Assembly (NCBI GenBank): GCA_963796105.1
Contig: CAWCKJ010000002.1
Coordinates: forward strand, 160,001 to 224,000
DNA length: 64,000 nt
Source: a candidate division FCPU426 bacterium
GTDB lineage: Bacteria; Oederibacteriota; Muellerivitia; Muellerivitales; Muellerivitaceae
Direction of reading: 5' to 3'
The position numbers and the translations under genes are program-made. The notes below the pieces were generated by a model that made no database searches, was not told the origin of the DNA, and worked only from the letters and a program-made list of their open reading frames with translations. Below, one piece after another: positions 26,001-38,709 of this stretch (its first letter is position 1; each line of letters begins with the position of its first letter).

Positions 26001-29000
26001 GGACGCGGTCGTGACTCAAAGCGGGGGGACATATTTCGTGGGCCTCCCTAACGGATCCTATTACATCACTGAGGAATACGTGGCAGACGCTGGGGCCTCC
26101 TGGTCAAACGGATCCTATGCCATGGGCAGTTATGTGCAGAATTCCGACGGGTCCTGTTGCGGGAGCGGGCCTAGTGGCTACAGCACCCCGGTTGTAGTTA
26201 ACAATTCCACTGTGAAGGACCTGAGTTTCTCGAGCAGCTGCCAGCAAATAGAGGGCTTCACAGGAACCCTGACCTATACCGGTTCCCAGGGAAGCCCAAC
26301 CTGCAACAACGGACCCAACACGGAAATATGGGTCATGGCAGTGACCCAGGCCGCCCCTGACATTGAAAACGGTAATATGGCGAATGTCTGCGATAACGGT
26401 GACACTTACTCGATTGAGATAGGCGGTTTGTGCTCTGGACCGATTACCTCCACCTATTACCTGAGGGCCTGGTTCGACAATGCGGGGGCCAACGCGACAA
26501 GCTGCTGCCAGGGGCCTGTGGCAGGGGAGCCATGGACGGTGCTGGGGCCATATACGCCCAGCGCCAATCCCACGCCGATCAATATCAGCATCGGCGATTC
26601 CAACACCTGGGTACCGCCGGTCAGCACTCCCACGGATATCACCAACAATATCAATGGTTCATGTGTGTTTGGAAACACCAATGGACTCGCCGACAGCTAC
26701 AGCGTGACGGTTTACAGCCAAGCCGACAGCATCACCACCACTTACGGATCCGGGGCGGGCGACGCCGTATACTCCTTCACGCTAAGCCAGCCCACCAACC
26801 TATTCTTGAACCTCTGCGGGGCGTCCGGCAACGGTTTCAATTCACCGGTGCTATACCTGATGACGGATTTGACGCATACCAGCACGACGTTCGCCTTGGA
26901 TGAGAACTCGGCGTACTGTTCGGATCATTCCCCCGCGTTGGTGACAGGGCTCCTTCAGCCGGGGACCTACTACGCGATAGTGGACGGGACGCAAGCGGGT
27001 GATTCAGGAAACTTCAACTTGTGCGTAAACACCTTCAATCCCAACTGCTCGCTGAACCCCGTATCGACTCCGGTGACGCTGGGGGCGGGAGTCACGACCG
27101 GGGGATTGGGGACGGTGACGGCGGACGCGGCGGGAGCGGGACATGTGGATTGGAATTTCGAGTACACGAACAGCTGGACCTTCACTCCAGGGGTTGCGGG
27201 CAACTACCAGATTTCGCTGGACTGTTTCGACGACGGATCAAACAAGGCCCAAGTGGCTTACGATTTGTACGACTCAACCGGCAACCCCATAGCGACCTCC
27301 AACGGGAATGACAACCTGGACCAATTGACGCTGAGCTTGACCCAACAGCAATACACGGTGGTGGTATTCCCGCCGAACGAGAATGAGCCGAGCGGGGACT
27401 ATCGACTGGTGATCCAGACATCAAACTCCACGCCGACACTTACCCCCACACCGACCAACTCTCTCACCTCCACCCCGACAGGTTCAGCCACGGCCACGCC
27501 CACGATTACGCCAACGATTACTCTGACTCCGACTCAAACCTCCACCCCGACCGTGACGAGCACTCCGACCCAGACCTCCACGCCCACCATCGATCCCTAC
27601 GTTATCACCGGGCAGATCACCTACAACGGCGGTAATTCCCAAGCAGGACTAAATCTGCTGGCCTTCGCGACCACCTGCCTAAACGGTTGCAACGGCAACG
27701 GCAAAATGGTTTTTGATCTCCACTCTCCTCCCGGCCCCGTCGACTACACTCTAAACCTTCCGGGACCTGGCCAATACACCTTGGGCGTCTTCCTGACTGC
27801 CAATACGAGTCTTCAAAACCAATCTCCTAACGTAGGGGATTCTTACGCGGTTTATAACAGCTCGGGGAACGTGTGCTTAGGTCAAAGCCCTACGACCATC
27901 GATATGAGTTCTCCCTCTACCCAAACAGTGAACCTTACCTTCGGGGATTCCTGCCAGTTCTATGGGGTTTCTGGAACCATTCATTACAACGGCAGCGGTC
28001 AGGTAAATGGCAGTAACCGACTCAGGGTGATGGGTTATCTTGATTCCAATTATTTGACGCCCGTGGCCGGCGGGGGAAATGACGGAGTCTCGGTTAATGG
28101 CGGATCCTACCAAGTGGTCAATATGTCGGGCTCGAGTCAGATGTACCTTCAGGCTTATTACGACGCTGGCGGCAACGCCAGCAACGGCGTGACCAATTGC
28201 GATCCATATATCAACCTCGGTCAAGTCACATCAAATCCGCCCAGCACCGGATATAACATCACCTTTGATGGTTCCAACCTATACAACTGCACGAATACCC
28301 TGTCAGGAAATGTCAACTTTAATGGAACAGGATCGGTCAGCCCATCGAATCCCATTATCGTGCGGGCATGGTCCTGCACCATATCAGGACCCTCCACCAA
28401 TTGCGGTCCGGCGGCTTACAGCGTTGTGACTTCTAACCACGGAAGTTACTTTATGGGAATGCCCAATACGGGCAATTACTACGTGACCGAGGAATACGTT
28501 GCCTCCGCGGGCGCTTCTTGGTCCCCAGGGAGCTACGCCATCGGGAGCTACATCCAAAACTCTAATGGCGCCTGTTGCGGTGGACCCAACGGAATGGGAA
28601 ACCCTATCAATGTCAGCAGCGCGGTGGTAACCAATTTGACCTTTAGCGACTCCTGTACGCAAATCAAGGGCTTTATTGGAACCCTTAGCTACAACGGCTC
28701 CCAGGGCGGTCCTTCCTGTAACAACGGAGCGAGTACTCAAATTTGGGTTATGGCGGTTACTCAGACCGCCCCGGACACCGAGAACAATTACATGACCAAT
28801 GTCTGCGATAACGGAGACAACTACTCGATGGAGATGGGCGGTTTGTGCTCGGGTCAGTATGGGACCTCCTATTATCTGAGGGCTTGGTTTGACAGCGCTG
28901 GGGTGAATTCGAACAGTTGTTGCCAGGGGCCTGCGGCAGGTGAACCCTGGACGGTGCTGGGGCCTTTTACCGTTACGGCAAACCCAACCCCCATCAATAT

Positions 29001-29730
29001 CACCATTACGGATAATAATGTCTGGAGTATTGGGGGAAGTACTCCTACCATTACACCCACGGCTACCCCGAACTGCGGAGGCCCTTATTCCATGTCAGGG
29101 AGTGTTACCTATACCGGGCCGACTAGTAGTGGGTCCAGTCTTCTCGTGGTAGTGCCACCAGCAAATGGTGGGAATTGCAGTACTCAAAATTCTGTGGTAT
29201 CCGGAACACAAGGACCCTACAACATTTCAAATTTAGGGCCTGGCTCATACAACGTCATAGGCCTTTATGGAACATTCAATAATGGGCCGAATCTAGGGGA
29301 CTATATCGCTTTTTATAACGGCGGAGGGGCGGGAACTTGCGCGAATCCTTTTCAGTCAACCATCACGAATTCCAGCTTATCGGGGATCGATCTCACTTTT
29401 GACAATACATATCAGTTATATGGAATCAACGCCAACTTGAGCTACACCGGATCCCATACGAGTTGGGTTAATGTCGGGATTTTTACTGACAGCGCTTATA
29501 CCAACAAAATTAACAGCAAGTCCTTGAACAACGGTGTTTATACCGGCACCATCACCCTCGTCGACAACAATCTTCTGTGTGGTTCTGAAACAGTGTATGT
29601 CATGGCGTGGGTCGGGACTAACAACAACGGACCAAACACGGGAGATCCTTACGTTCAGCTTGGCCCTACCACCACTGTGGCTGACTCAACTTCTCTCACA
29701 ATTAATTTTGCGGACGGAAATATCAAATAA
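23068..29730 (+). CDS. Giant (2220 aa) secreted mucin-like Thr/Pro-rich surface protein with duplicated Cys-rich beta domains
   Basis: Signal peptide; ~660-aa TNTPT stalk; two ~475-aa homologous modules; one PPC-like module. Confidence 0.85.
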   Translation: MNQLIKLNRIFLITVLLLFPAAITLADFNLGIISAIKNELKFKPEATPPTPTPTNFGGYTSTPTDTPMPTLTDTPTYTLTETSTETHTKTPTLTNTSTDTFTKTPTPTLTASNTPTDTMTPTSSFTATPTATATPTPTATSTFTFTHTPTNTPAVTNTPTDTMTPTLTDTTTPTPSATSTATATPTYTNTFTNTLTPSNTITNTPTVTNTPTTTDTPTNTPTVTNTPTNSPTVTNTPTQTPTITNTPTNTPTITNTPTNTPTTTDTPTNTPTVTNTPTNSPTVTNTPTQTPTITNTPTNTPTITNTPTNTPTTTDTPTNTPTVTNTPTNSPTVTNTSTQTPTITNTPTNTPTITNTPTNTPTITNTPTNSPTIANTSTQTPTITNTPTNTPTITNTPTNTPTITNTPTNSPTVTNTSTQTPTITNTSTNTPTITNTPTNTPTTTNTPTNTPTITNTPTITNTPTNTPTVTNTTTNSPTVTNTSTQTPTITKTPTNTPTITNTSTNTVTNTPTATPTYTNTSTYTYSYTQTATDTTTPTPSATLTATPTLTDTSTSTNAPTDTPTNLGGYTSTPTDTPTPTPTNFGGYTSTPTNTQTPTDTQTDTTTNTPTSTSTNTLIPTDTPSNSPTNSTTATPTTTNTFTPSSTNTSSNTSTPTATSTSTTTATNSPTNTFTITPSPTVTSTPTVTYSPTNTFTPTNTSTPTPDPYVITGTAQYTGPNNTSGKYLLVWATTNLNGNGNSASVALTPSASPIPYTLNLPGPGNYIVLAFLTSSQNFNNGGPSAGDPYMIYGGTTNACLTSGTPTTLVFAAPGPSTQTANLSFDNGCMIYGVSGPITFTGTGAVNGHNSLYVQGYIDQNYLTPVSGGSKSATVNGGTYSVLSLSGAASIWLQAYYDQSGNGGNGPATCDPVTNWGPVSVGNTAVSNYGITLTSQNLYNCNSSLSGLVYYSGIGSVGPSHPIVIRAVTCSGNGGCNTIADAVVTQSGGTYFVGLPNGSYYITEEYVADAGASWSNGSYAMGSYVQNSDGSCCGSGPSGYSTPVVVNNSTVKDLSFSSSCQQIEGFTGTLTYTGSQGSPTCNNGPNTEIWVMAVTQAAPDIENGNMANVCDNGDTYSIEIGGLCSGPITSTYYLRAWFDNAGANATSCCQGPVAGEPWTVLGPYTPSANPTPINISIGDSNTWVPPVSTPTDITNNINGSCVFGNTNGLADSYSVTVYSQADSITTTYGSGAGDAVYSFTLSQPTNLFLNLCGASGNGFNSPVLYLMTDLTHTSTTFALDENSAYCSDHSPALVTGLLQPGTYYAIVDGTQAGDSGNFNLCVNTFNPNCSLNPVSTPVTLGAGVTTGGLGTVTADAAGAGHVDWNFEYTNSWTFTPGVAGNYQISLDCFDDGSNKAQVAYDLYDSTGNPIATSNGNDNLDQLTLSLTQQQYTVVVFPPNENEPSGDYRLVIQTSNSTPTLTPTPTNSLTSTPTGSATATPTITPTITLTPTQTSTPTVTSTPTQTSTPTIDPYVITGQITYNGGNSQAGLNLLAFATTCLNGCNGNGKMVFDLHSPPGPVDYTLNLPGPGQYTLGVFLTANTSLQNQSPNVGDSYAVYNSSGNVCLGQSPTTIDMSSPSTQTVNLTFGDSCQFYGVSGTIHYNGSGQVNGSNRLRVMGYLDSNYLTPVAGGGNDGVSVNGGSYQVVNMSGSSQMYLQAYYDAGGNASNGVTNCDPYINLGQVTSNPPSTGYNITFDGSNLYNCTNTLSGNVNFNGTGSVSPSNPIIVRAWSCTISGPSTNCGPAAYSVVTSNHGSYFMGMPNTGNYYVTEEYVASAGASWSPGSYAIGSYIQNSNGACCGGPNGMGNPINVSSAVVTNLTFSDSCTQIKGFIGTLSYNGSQGGPSCNNGASTQIWVMAVTQTAPDTENNYMTNVCDNGDNYSMEMGGLCSGQYGTSYYLRAWFDSAGVNSNSCCQGPAAGEPWTVLGPFTVTANPTPINITITDNNVWSIGGSTPTITPTATPNCGGPYSMSGSVTYTGPTSSGSSLLVVVPPANGGNCSTQNSVVSGTQGPYNISNLGPGSYNVIGLYGTFNNGPNLGDYIAFYNGGGAGTCANPFQSTITNSSLSGIDLTFDNTYQLYGINANLSYTGSHTSWVNVGIFTDSAYTNKINSKSLNNGVYTGTITLVDNNLLCGSETVYVMAWVGTNNNGPNTGDPYVQLGPTTTVADSTSLTINFADGNIK
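23688..24600 (+). repeat. Coding tandem repeat, 30-bp unit with 150-bp and 120-bp higher-order periods
   Basis: ACGACCACCGATACCCCGACTAACACACCG at 23701, 23851 and 24001; block at 24081 recurs at 24201. Confidence 0.9.
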
Positions 29731-29975
29731 GATTCTCAAGTTAAATCCTAACTGCCCTTTTCTGATATGGATTGGAGCTTTTTTATTGTAGTGTTCGGAC
29801 TACATATAGGGACGAGGGTACTCAACCCTCTTGATGGAAAGGGCTGGGAACTGAGAGAAAACACACTATTTTTGTTGAAACTTTTTTCCGGCTCCTTGCG
29901 TCCTAATTGTGGCTTGCTGAAAAGGTGGCTTCAAAGAGGCCTTTCCGGAAAAAGGCCAAATCTAGGAGGAATAAA

Positions 29976-30320
29976 ATGAAAAAGTTCATCGTGGTGTTGT
30001 GTGGGTTGATGTTTCTGGGAGCCGCTGGCATGGCTATGGCGCAAGATGCTAACGGAAAAAATCCGGCTATGAGCCCGAAGGCTAGGCTTCACCGCCAGCA
30101 TAAAAGGATCATGCAGGGAGTGAAGAGCGGGAAGATCAGCAAAGCCCAGCACAAGCAATTAGCCCAAGAGGGAAAGATTATCAACAAAGAGCGCAAGGCC
30201 GACCTGAGGAAAGACGGCGGAAAACTGGACAAGCAAGACCGCGCGAATTTGGAATCCCAGGAGAATCTTCGCTCCAAACAGATTTATGATGACAAGCATC
30301 CAGCTCCTGCGAATCAGTAA
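29976..30320 (+). CDS. Small secreted basic helical protein
   Basis: AGGAGG RBS; signal peptide (AMA); RQHKRIMQGVKSGKIS...DGGKL motif. Confidence 0.8.
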   Translation: MKKFIVVLCGLMFLGAAGMAMAQDANGKNPAMSPKARLHRQHKRIMQGVKSGKISKAQHKQLAQEGKIINKERKADLRKDGGKLDKQDRANLESQENLRSKQIYDDKHPAPANQ

Positions 30321-30363
30321 GGTTTAAAAACATCAGCTTCGGTGAATTATTCCGAGGCACCAG

Positions 30364-30395
30364 AAGGGCGGGGAATTATATCCCCGCCCTTTTTT
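30364..30395 (+). terminator. Rho-independent terminator
   Basis: AAGGGCGGGGA-ATTATA-TCCCCGCCCTT followed by a T run. Confidence 0.85.
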
Positions 30396-30551
30396 ATTTC
30401 GGGTCAAATCGATTAAATATCCGGGGTTTCTATGGAATCCATGGGGGCGTCTTCCGCTCCGCAAAGAGAAGGCCTTCCTTTATTAGTAAAGAGATGTAAC
30501 CTTTTTCATGGGTTGAAACGTCTAAATATTACACGGATTTGAACATTATCC

Positions 30552-31787
30552 ATGAAGAAGAGGTGCGCCATGAATAAAACTGTCTTGATCCTTTCCTTGA
30601 TTTTCCTTTTTCCCTGTTCAATGGCGTTGGCTCTTCATGAATCTGGAGGTGGATTTTCCGGAGGAGGAAGTGGAGGAGACCGCGGGAATTCGGGGGCCGG
30701 GGGCGGTGGGTATAACGGAACTGATACCACTAGGTCCACGGCTGTGGACAATAAAACCGACGCCAGGGAATCAACCGGCACCACCCGGGTCCGGTCCGCA
30801 GGCAATAAAACATTGGGCAATAGAACCCTTGGAAACTCATGGCGTATCGGAAACTCGTGGAATCGATCCAGGCTAAACGGGACGAGCCGTTTCAGGGCGA
30901 ATAATACCCCGCACCATTTCAACCATTCCAACGGAACCGCGGGATACAACGGCTCATCCTTTTCCCGGAGGGTAAACACGAACCACTTCGCAAGCTCAGG
31001 CTCTGCCGCGAAAGGAAAAACGCTTCCCATGAGCTTACAACATTCCTCCATGGGTCTACCAACAAAGGGGCCGGGTGGAAAACCTTTCTCCGCTTCCCTC
31101 GTATCACCCAAACTCATGAGCTCTTCCGCTATGAAGGTGCGTATGTCTTCGATTGCTCAAAGCAAGGGTTTAATCGGAAAGATTGGAGCTTTCAACAAAG
31201 CCGAAACCCTAAGAAACCATTATTATTGGCATACTTGGGGTGGTTACCCTTACGCCCACTATTGGGATGGGTGGGGAGGCAACTGGTACGGCTGGTGCTG
31301 GGGAAATTCTTTCTTTTGGACGCAATTTTACGGGGACAACTGGTGGTGGTACGACCCCTATGGGGCCCGCTGGTGCTATTGGTGGAATAACGGCTGGTGC
31401 TGGAACGATCCCGAGACTACAGTGGTTTATGTCTATCAGAACGGAAATTATAGTCCAGCCAACGGAAGCGAAAATGACAACTACCAAGCGAACCAATCGC
31501 AACAAGAGGAAAGCAGCAATAGCGTCGGCGAGCAACAGGCTGATGGAGCCGTGGCCTTCCACAGCCCCGATGGGTCTCTTATGGTCAAGGTGCTCACAGG
31601 CGGGGATGCCTTCCTTTACAACCAGGAAAATCCCGGTTCAAAACCAGTCTTCCTTGATTCCCATGTTTCAGACGTGAAGTTCAGCAATCAGGGCAGAGGA
31701 ACCACGAGGGTTCTCCTGATCATGGACGACGGCAGTTTTGAGACTTATGGTTCTGATGGTATACCGGAGGGGCAAGCCAAGAGCTGA
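30552..31787 (+). CDS. Secreted hypothetical protein with Gly-rich and Trp/Tyr-rich regions
   Basis: Signal peptide (start may be ATG 30570); YYWHTWGG...NWWWYDP...WCYWWNNGWCW. Confidence 0.75.
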   Translation: MKKRCAMNKTVLILSLIFLFPCSMALALHESGGGFSGGGSGGDRGNSGAGGGGYNGTDTTRSTAVDNKTDARESTGTTRVRSAGNKTLGNRTLGNSWRIGNSWNRSRLNGTSRFRANNTPHHFNHSNGTAGYNGSSFSRRVNTNHFASSGSAAKGKTLPMSLQHSSMGLPTKGPGGKPFSASLVSPKLMSSSAMKVRMSSIAQSKGLIGKIGAFNKAETLRNHYYWHTWGGYPYAHYWDGWGGNWYGWCWGNSFFWTQFYGDNWWWYDPYGARWCYWWNNGWCWNDPETTVVYVYQNGNYSPANGSENDNYQANQSQQEESSNSVGEQQADGAVAFHSPDGSLMVKVLTGGDAFLYNQENPGSKPVFLDSHVSDVKFSNQGRGTTRVLLIMDDGSFETYGSDGIPEGQAKS

Positions 31788-31908
31788 TGCCAAGAGATAA
31801 TAAGACAGTAATCGATCTTGAATAAAAATTGGTTTATAATTTCAGGTAAGTTTTTAAAAAATTAATAGTTGGACTAAAGGAATCAGAAAAAACTGGTTCC
31901 TTTGTCGT

Positions 31909-32625
31909 TTATGGCGTGGTGAAAAACTGGGTGGACTGGTCTATACACCAGTAGTCAGAATTGAAGGATTCCACGATTAAATTGTATTGGGTTTTTGAAG
32001 ACAAAGCGGCCAAAGCTGGGGCGTATGTCACGCCATTACCGGAAAACCCGTAAGTAACGCTAGCGTTTCCGGCCCCTTCATCCCCCCATTTCCAATAAAC
32101 CTTGGGTTGCGAGGAAGTGTCCTGTACCGTCCATACTCTCTTGACAGATCCTGTTACCGTTCCTCCAGTAATGGATAAAGTTGGTGATGTGCTCTTCGTA
32201 ATTGAAAGAGTTAAATTGTAGGTTCGGAGATTGCTCACTGCGTGGACTATTCGGGAATGAGGACCAGAAGGAAGAGTTCCGTTGCCGATCACGTAATAGT
32301 ATTCGTTAAAAGTGAGGCCGTCGGGATTATCGGTAATGGTTATGAAATCTCCACCGACGCTCACTGTGGTAACAGGGGAAAAACTGCTCCCGTCAGAACT
32401 GTCCCAAAAGCCATAATTTTTGACATAGGGGCTTGTGTCAACCGCCCAAAATACCTGCGCATAACCCTGCGGAGAATAGTCGCCCAAAACTCCCATCGGG
32501 GTAGGAAGAATGGAAGGAGTTGCGGTTGGGGTGGGCGCTAAGGGGGATATATGAATATCTTTTTGGCAATTCAGACTTAAGAGTGCGATGGTTATAACGC
32601 AAAAGGCTAGAAGCAGATTTTTCAC
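31909..32625 (-). CDS. Hypothetical lipoprotein
   Basis: Lipobox LSLNC, short TPTATP linker, GGAGG RBS, GTG start. Confidence 0.75.
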   Translation of the reverse strand: MKNLLLAFCVITIALLSLNCQKDIHISPLAPTPTATPSILPTPMGVLGDYSPQGYAQVFWAVDTSPYVKNYGFWDSSDGSSFSPVTTVSVGGDFITITDNPDGLTFNEYYYVIGNGTLPSGPHSRIVHAVSNLRTYNLTLSITKSTSPTLSITGGTVTGSVKRVWTVQDTSSQPKVYWKWGDEGAGNASVTYGFSGNGVTYAPALAALSSKTQYNLIVESFNSDYWCIDQSTQFFTTP

Positions 32626-33010
32626 GAGCAGGATTCCTCCATAATCTTGAAAGATAATTTTATCACAATCTGGTTGATTGTATTTTTGAATAGCAGGGAA
32701 CCGACTTTAATAACCATTTTGAACTTATTTGCCTAGCAAATATGAAATTCGATTCCGTAAAGTGTTCAAACCGCTGTATTTTCTCATTTTTTATTAAAGG
32801 CAATATTGTTAAACAATATTTATCAACCGACGAAATCTTTTTTTATATTAAAAATCAAGTGTTTTAACGAAAAACCAGTTACTATTAGTGGTATAATTCA
32901 ACTATTGAAAGTTAAACCCTTTTGGGGAAATCTCCTTAAATTTTAACAAAAATTTTTTTAAAAATTTAGCTTCTTAATAAACCTCTCACTTAATTTTTCT
33001 GGAAATATAA

Positions 33011-36000
33011 ATGAAAAAAGTAAAATTTCCATCCAGCCATCCAAAATATTTTTTCTATCCTTTTTTGGAAGGCATTAAAAGCTTCTGCTTAGCCTTTTCC
33101 TTTTTAGCTGTCTCGAACATTGTTTTATGTCTTACTGCCCAACCCGCAAGTGCCCAATGTCCTATCGGCTTTAGTTCCGCCGCGACCTATACCGGCACCG
33201 CCAAGAGTGCTGTAATTAACGCGACGGTCGGGGGAACCCAAACACTTCTACTTTTACAGGTAAGCATCCAGAATGCCTCGAATTCTGTGACCCAGGCGAC
33301 TTATAACGGTACTTCTTTCATTAGGGTTCGTCGGGGTGTGGACACTACGAATGGAGTTTCACTGGAAACTTGGTATCTGGTCAACCCGCCATCTGGTACC
33401 TACCCTGTGACAGTTAAAACCAACAGCTTGACCGCGCGAGTCCTACACATCGGGGCGGTTTGTTATGATTTAGTGAACCAAACAAATCCCATCGGCGCGT
33501 CAAACGCTGTCACGAACCAGGCTTCCAACAGAAACCATTCCATTGGGCTTACCACCAAATACGCCCAAAGCATGATCGTCTCCATGTGTATGGTGGCAAA
33601 CAGCACTGGATCTCGAACAATTACCTCGGCTGCTGGTCAAAACCAAAGATGGAGGGAGCTGAACAATAAAACGACCGCGGGGGACGACAAACTTTCAACT
33701 ACGGTCGGCGCTTACACCATGGCTTATACTTTCAACAGGTCCCAAAGGGCGGATATTCAGGCAGTGGAAATTATCGCGGCTGGTTGCACCCCGACACCAA
33801 CACTTACCAATACCGTTACAAGAACCCCAACGATAACCAACAGCCCCACCCCCTGGCCGACTGGTGTTCCAACTTGGACTTCCACCAACACGCCGACCAT
33901 TACCCACACTCCTACCGCGACGGCAACAACGACTTTCACCCCAGCCCCTTATGACATCACTTCCTTTATCAATGGAACCTGCGTCACGGGAAACACGACC
34001 GGACTTGTCGATAACTACAACGAATCAATAGATGGCATTCCATTTGGGCAAGGAGCTCCTGACACTATTTATTCTTTCAGCCTGACCCAAACAACTAATC
34101 TTTTCATCAATCTCTGTGGCGCTAATTTTGATTCAGTGGTTTATTTAAGGACTAATCCGAACGATCCAAACACAACCTTGGCATTTGATGATGATTCCGA
34201 CTTTTGCGCCACTTCCTCCTCCTCTTTTGTGATAGGTGACCTTCAACCAGGCATATATTACATAATTGTGGATGGAAATAGTCCGGGTGATTACGGGACT
34301 TTCTCGCTTTGTGTCACTACCTTTAGCCCCACTTGCTCCTTGACTCCCGCGGCGACGCCGGTGGCGCTGCAAAGCCCGACCAGCACCACCAACCTGGGAA
34401 TCGTGTTGACGACGGCAGTGGGAACCGGTCACTTTGATTATGATTTCGAGTACACGAACAGTTGGACTTTTACTCCAGGGAAAATAGGATCCTATGAAAT
34501 TTCGCTGGACTGCTTTGATGACGCAACGGGCAAGGCCCGTGTGGCTTACGATTTATTTGATTCGGGTGGTAACTTGATAACGAGTTCAGCGGGGAGCACC
34601 CCCTTGGACCAAATGGCCGCGAACCTGACCATTCAACAATACACTGTGGTGGTTTACGCATTTTCCGCTGGTGCCCCGAGCGGGGATTACCATTTGATCA
34701 TCCAGGCGCCGCTACCGACGGCCACGCCTACGCCTACATCCACCGCTACTAAAACGATGACTCCCACTTCCACGCCAACCAATTTGAACGGCTATACCAA
34801 CACCCCAACCTTGACACCTACGTTAACCCCTACTAACTTGAACGGCTATACCAGCACCCCTTCATACACTAAAACATCCACCCTCACCAGTACGCCCACA
34901 CCGACCCCTACCCTCGTTCCAGGCGTCACAGACATCACCTCCAGCATCGGAGTATCATGCATAACGGGAGATACGACCGGGCTTACAGACAACTACAACG
35001 AGACAGCAGACGGTATACCTTATGGTTCCGGGGCCCCTGACACCATTTTCTCGTTCATCTTGACCCAAACCACCAGCCTATTCATTAACCTATGTGGGTC
35101 TGATTACAACTCAGTGATTTATTTGAGGACCAATCCGAATGATCCAGCTACCACCCTTAACTTGGACAATGATTCGGACTTCTGCGACACCCCTACCGGT
35201 TCCTCGCTTGTCACGGGTAATCTTGCTCCTGGGACCTATTACGTGATTGTGGATGGCTATGGTTCGGGGGATTATGGAACCTTCTCCCTTTGCCTCACCC
35301 CCTTCAGCCCTACCTGCTCGTTGACGCCTATCGCAACACCGGTGGCGTTGCAGAGCCCCACCGGCACCACTGACCTGGGAACTGTGATTGTGGACGCGGT
35401 TGGAATCGGCCATGTGGATTATTATTTCGAATACACCAATAGCTGGACCTTTACGCCGGCAACGGCTGGTTCCTTCGCGATCTCTCTGGACTGCTTTGAC
35501 GACGGAACTGGCAAGGCCCGCGCGGCGTTTGACCTTTTCGATTCCATCGGCAACTTTGTTGGGAGTTCCACTGGGAATACACCCTTAGACCAACTCGCTG
35601 AGAACATGACCGTACAACAGTACACTGTGGTTGTTTACGCTTTCTCTGAAGGGGCTCCGAGCGCAGATTACCGTTTGGTCATCCAAACACCCTCCACAAT
35701 ACCCACTCCCACTCCGACCGTCACAGACACTTCAACAAATACTCAAACACCGTCCAACACCCCGACTTCAACACCAACCTATAGCCCGACACTCAGTTCG
35801 ACATCAACGCCTAGCGATACACCAACCTCGACTTCTTCAAATACACGCACTCCTACCGTTACCTTTACACCCACTGCCACAGATACGCCCACTGTCACCA
35901 ATAGCCCCACCCCTTGGCCCACGGGAGTTCCCACTTGGACTTCCACTGACACTCCAACCACCACCGACACTCCGACGGATACCCAAACGCCGACAAACAC

Positions 36001-36892
36001 CCTGACTTTAACACCAACCTATAGCCCGACACCCAGTTCGACATCAACGCCCAGCAATACACCCACCTCGACAGCCTCGAATACACCTACTCCGACCGCT
36101 ACCCTTACATCCACTCTCACGGATACGCCCACTATCACCAATAGTCCCACCCCTTGGCCGACGGGCGTACCTACTTGGACTCCCACCAACACTCCAACTG
36201 TCACAGATACACCCACAAATACACTGATGGCAACGAATACCCAAACCTACACCAAGACGGCTAGTCCAACCGCAACTCTAACAGCAACTTCCACGGATAC
36301 GCCTACTATCACCAATAGTCCCACCCCTTGGCCGACGGGTGTGCCCACTTGGACTTCGACTAATACATCGACTGTCACAGAAACTCCCACAAAAACCCTG
36401 ACATCAACCTCCACTTTGACGCGGACTCCGACTATGACCCCAACAACCACCCTGACCTTGACTCGGACCCCGACCGCAACGCCAAGTCTGACCCGAACAC
36501 CGAGTGACACTCCAACTGATACTTATACTGTTACGTCCACGTCGACTCCCACTTTTACTCCGACTAATTTGGGTGGTTATACCAGCACTCCTACGGCAAC
36601 CCCTGGTTCTTCCTTCTCGTTAAGCATCAACCAAATGAATTCAATATCGGGACCACCTCTAGGTATTAATTACCAGGTTGTCCAGGGCGGAAAGGTTCAA
36701 TTGGAGGTTTTCAACGATGTGGGAAAAAAGATGAGGGATTTAGCCGATGACAACCAAGTACCAGGTTATTACAGCATCAATTGGGATGGGAAGGACAACT
36801 TGGGCCAGCCACTTTCGACAGGGCTTTATTTGATCGTTTATGTGGAGAATTCAAACACTCAGATCAAAAAAGTTATAGTGATTAAACGATGA
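33011..36892 (+). CDS. Thr/Pro-rich secreted protein with two PPC-like modules and a C-terminal FlgD-Ig/T9SS type A-like sorting domain
   Basis: C-terminus [16 protein letters not shown]...[18 protein letters not shown]...KKVIVIKR. Confidence 0.85.
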   Translation: MKKVKFPSSHPKYFFYPFLEGIKSFCLAFSFLAVSNIVLCLTAQPASAQCPIGFSSAATYTGTAKSAVINATVGGTQTLLLLQVSIQNASNSVTQATYNGTSFIRVRRGVDTTNGVSLETWYLVNPPSGTYPVTVKTNSLTARVLHIGAVCYDLVNQTNPIGASNAVTNQASNRNHSIGLTTKYAQSMIVSMCMVANSTGSRTITSAAGQNQRWRELNNKTTAGDDKLSTTVGAYTMAYTFNRSQRADIQAVEIIAAGCTPTPTLTNTVTRTPTITNSPTPWPTGVPTWTSTNTPTITHTPTATATTTFTPAPYDITSFINGTCVTGNTTGLVDNYNESIDGIPFGQGAPDTIYSFSLTQTTNLFINLCGANFDSVVYLRTNPNDPNTTLAFDDDSDFCATSSSSFVIGDLQPGIYYIIVDGNSPGDYGTFSLCVTTFSPTCSLTPAATPVALQSPTSTTNLGIVLTTAVGTGHFDYDFEYTNSWTFTPGKIGSYEISLDCFDDATGKARVAYDLFDSGGNLITSSAGSTPLDQMAANLTIQQYTVVVYAFSAGAPSGDYHLIIQAPLPTATPTPTSTATKTMTPTSTPTNLNGYTNTPTLTPTLTPTNLNGYTSTPSYTKTSTLTSTPTPTPTLVPGVTDITSSIGVSCITGDTTGLTDNYNETADGIPYGSGAPDTIFSFILTQTTSLFINLCGSDYNSVIYLRTNPNDPATTLNLDNDSDFCDTPTGSSLVTGNLAPGTYYVIVDGYGSGDYGTFSLCLTPFSPTCSLTPIATPVALQSPTGTTDLGTVIVDAVGIGHVDYYFEYTNSWTFTPATAGSFAISLDCFDDGTGKARAAFDLFDSIGNFVGSSTGNTPLDQLAENMTVQQYTVVVYAFSEGAPSADYRLVIQTPSTIPTPTPTVTDTSTNTQTPSNTPTSTPTYSPTLSSTSTPSDTPTSTSSNTRTPTVTFTPTATDTPTVTNSPTPWPTGVPTWTSTDTPTTTDTPTDTQTPTNTLTLTPTYSPTPSSTSTPSNTPTSTASNTPTPTATLTSTLTDTPTITNSPTPWPTGVPTWTPTNTPTVTDTPTNTLMATNTQTYTKTASPTATLTATSTDTPTITNSPTPWPTGVPTWTSTNTSTVTETPTKTLTSTSTLTRTPTMTPTTTLTLTRTPTATPSLTRTPSDTPTDTYTVTSTSTPTFTPTNLGGYTSTPTATPGSSFSLSINQMNSISGPPLGINYQVVQGGKVQLEVFNDVGKKMRDLADDNQVPGYYSINWDGKDNLGQPLSTGLYLIVYVENSNTQIKKVIVIKR

Positions 36893-38709
36893 GAACATTA
36901 AGCCTTTTCCTCGCACTAGTTATATTTTTTGGATTATATTTCCGGGCAATGGGAAGCGGTTTGTCCACCGGCGCTGATTTTCTAACCGCCACCACCGGCG
37001 CCAGGCCTGCGGCCATGGGCGAGGCTTTTAGCGCCTTGTCGGATGATATCAACTCTCTGGCAGTCAATCCGGCCGGATTGGGAAACCTTCACTTACCTCA
37101 GGTCGCTTTCTGCCATTACCAATTCGTGTCCGACCTCGCCTATGATTTCGCCGCCGCGGGAATCCCCTTGGGCACGGCAGGAACCCTTGGGATAAGTTAT
37201 TTGGGCCTGGGAGTTCCTCCTTTCAATAGCACCTTGAATCCTTTGGCGACCTTGGGCACGGATTCGGAGGGGAATCTGACAGCTGGATGGGGAAATTCCT
37301 GGGGTATCTTTCAGGCTGGCGCGGCATTGAAATATATTTACCGGGATGTCGGAACCGTGAGCGGAAAAACCTGGGCGGCTGACCTAGGAGTTAGATTAAG
37401 ACCCATGACCCGCCTCTCCTTCGCGGGAAGTTTGCTGAACCTTGGTCCCTCCATCAGCCTTTCCAGCGAGGAAAGTCTTCCTACTGAGTTGAAATTAGGG
37501 GCGGCTTGGCGGGCTCTGGAACATTCGGAGCACTCTTTAGATTTGGCCTGCGAAACCAACGTGGCCCTGGCTTCCAGCCAGCTTCCGCGTTTCGGGTTCG
37601 GGATGGAATATTGGTACAAGGATCTTTGCGCCTTGCGAGCGGGCTATTTGGTTGACACCAGCTCGGAAGGGTTCACCGCTGGAGCGGGCATTCAATTATA
37701 TGGATTGGAAGTGGATTACGCTTACCAGCCTTTCGACCAACTAGGTGCGACCAACCGAATCTCCGGGTTATACCGCTGGGATGGGCCCTGGATTTCCGGT
37801 GGGGAATTGAATCCACCGAGACTTTTAACTATTCGCACCAGCCCCAAAGGGGCGGTGGCTTCCTGGATCGAGCCAAAAGGGCCGGTGGATCATTATGAAT
37901 TGACGGTTGTTCTTCTGGAGGATAAAAAAATCCAGGTGTTTGACAATATCCCTAAATCCCCGGTTGTCTTGAAGCACCTGAAGGAAGGAGTCCTCTATAA
38001 GGCCGAAGTTGTCGCTGTTGGGAAAGGAGGTGGAAAGAGTATGCCATCCAACACGGCATTCTTGAAAACCTCGTCGGAGATCACACCAGAGGGTGCCCCG
38101 GTGACCGCGTCCTCCAAGGAAACTGAAAAGCCGCAGACAACTATTACTACGACGATTCAGGGCCAGGTGGATGAAGTAGGACTTAAATTAACGTGGGAAC
38201 CGATAGCCGGGTTTTCGACGAAAGGTTATTATCTTTACCGAAAATCCATTGACGGCAAATTGGAAAAACTAACCGGTACTCCCAAAAAGGGAATTGTCCT
38301 GTGGATAGATGATATTTTAGGCTTGGAGGGAGCGGAATGGATTGTCACCTCCGTGAACGCCGAGGATGAAACCGAAAAAACGGTTGGTTCCTTTGTTTGG
38401 AAACCAGGGCCGAAAGACGTTGATATTCTCAAAATCAAACCCCAAGTTAAGGTTTCTGCGATCCCTCAAAAAGAGGGAAAAGTCCTGATGGAATGGGAAC
38501 ACAGCCATGCCGCTGGTTCGCTTCTGTTCGTGTCTCGATCCCAGGAACATGTTTTCTCGCTTGTGGGTAAATTGAATACTCAAATGTCCAAGAACCTATT
38601 AAAGGGGTTTGAGAAGGGTCAGGAGTACCAGTTTATTATTGTTAATTTGGACGCTAACGGTGCCTGGCTGAGTCATAGTAGGGTGGTTTCTGCCAAAATA
38701 TCCGACTAA
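36889..38709 (+). CDS. PorV/PorQ (UPF0164)-like beta-barrel with C-terminal FN3-like domains
   Basis: [56 protein letters not shown] overlap with the upstream gene. Confidence 0.85.
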   Translation: MRTLSLFLALVIFFGLYFRAMGSGLSTGADFLTATTGARPAAMGEAFSALSDDINSLAVNPAGLGNLHLPQVAFCHYQFVSDLAYDFAAAGIPLGTAGTLGISYLGLGVPPFNSTLNPLATLGTDSEGNLTAGWGNSWGIFQAGAALKYIYRDVGTVSGKTWAADLGVRLRPMTRLSFAGSLLNLGPSISLSSEESLPTELKLGAAWRALEHSEHSLDLACETNVALASSQLPRFGFGMEYWYKDLCALRAGYLVDTSSEGFTAGAGIQLYGLEVDYAYQPFDQLGATNRISGLYRWDGPWISGGELNPPRLLTIRTSPKGAVASWIEPKGPVDHYELTVVLLEDKKIQVFDNIPKSPVVLKHLKEGVLYKAEVVAVGKGGGKSMPSNTAFLKTSSEITPEGAPVTASSKETEKPQTTITTTIQGQVDEVGLKLTWEPIAGFSTKGYYLYRKSIDGKLEKLTGTPKKGIVLWIDDILGLEGAEWIVTSVNAEDETEKTVGSFVWKPGPKDVDILKIKPQVKVSAIPQKEGKVLMEWEHSHAAGSLLFVSRSQEHVFSLVGKLNTQMSKNLLKGFEKGQEYQFIIVNLDANGAWLSHSRVVSAKISD

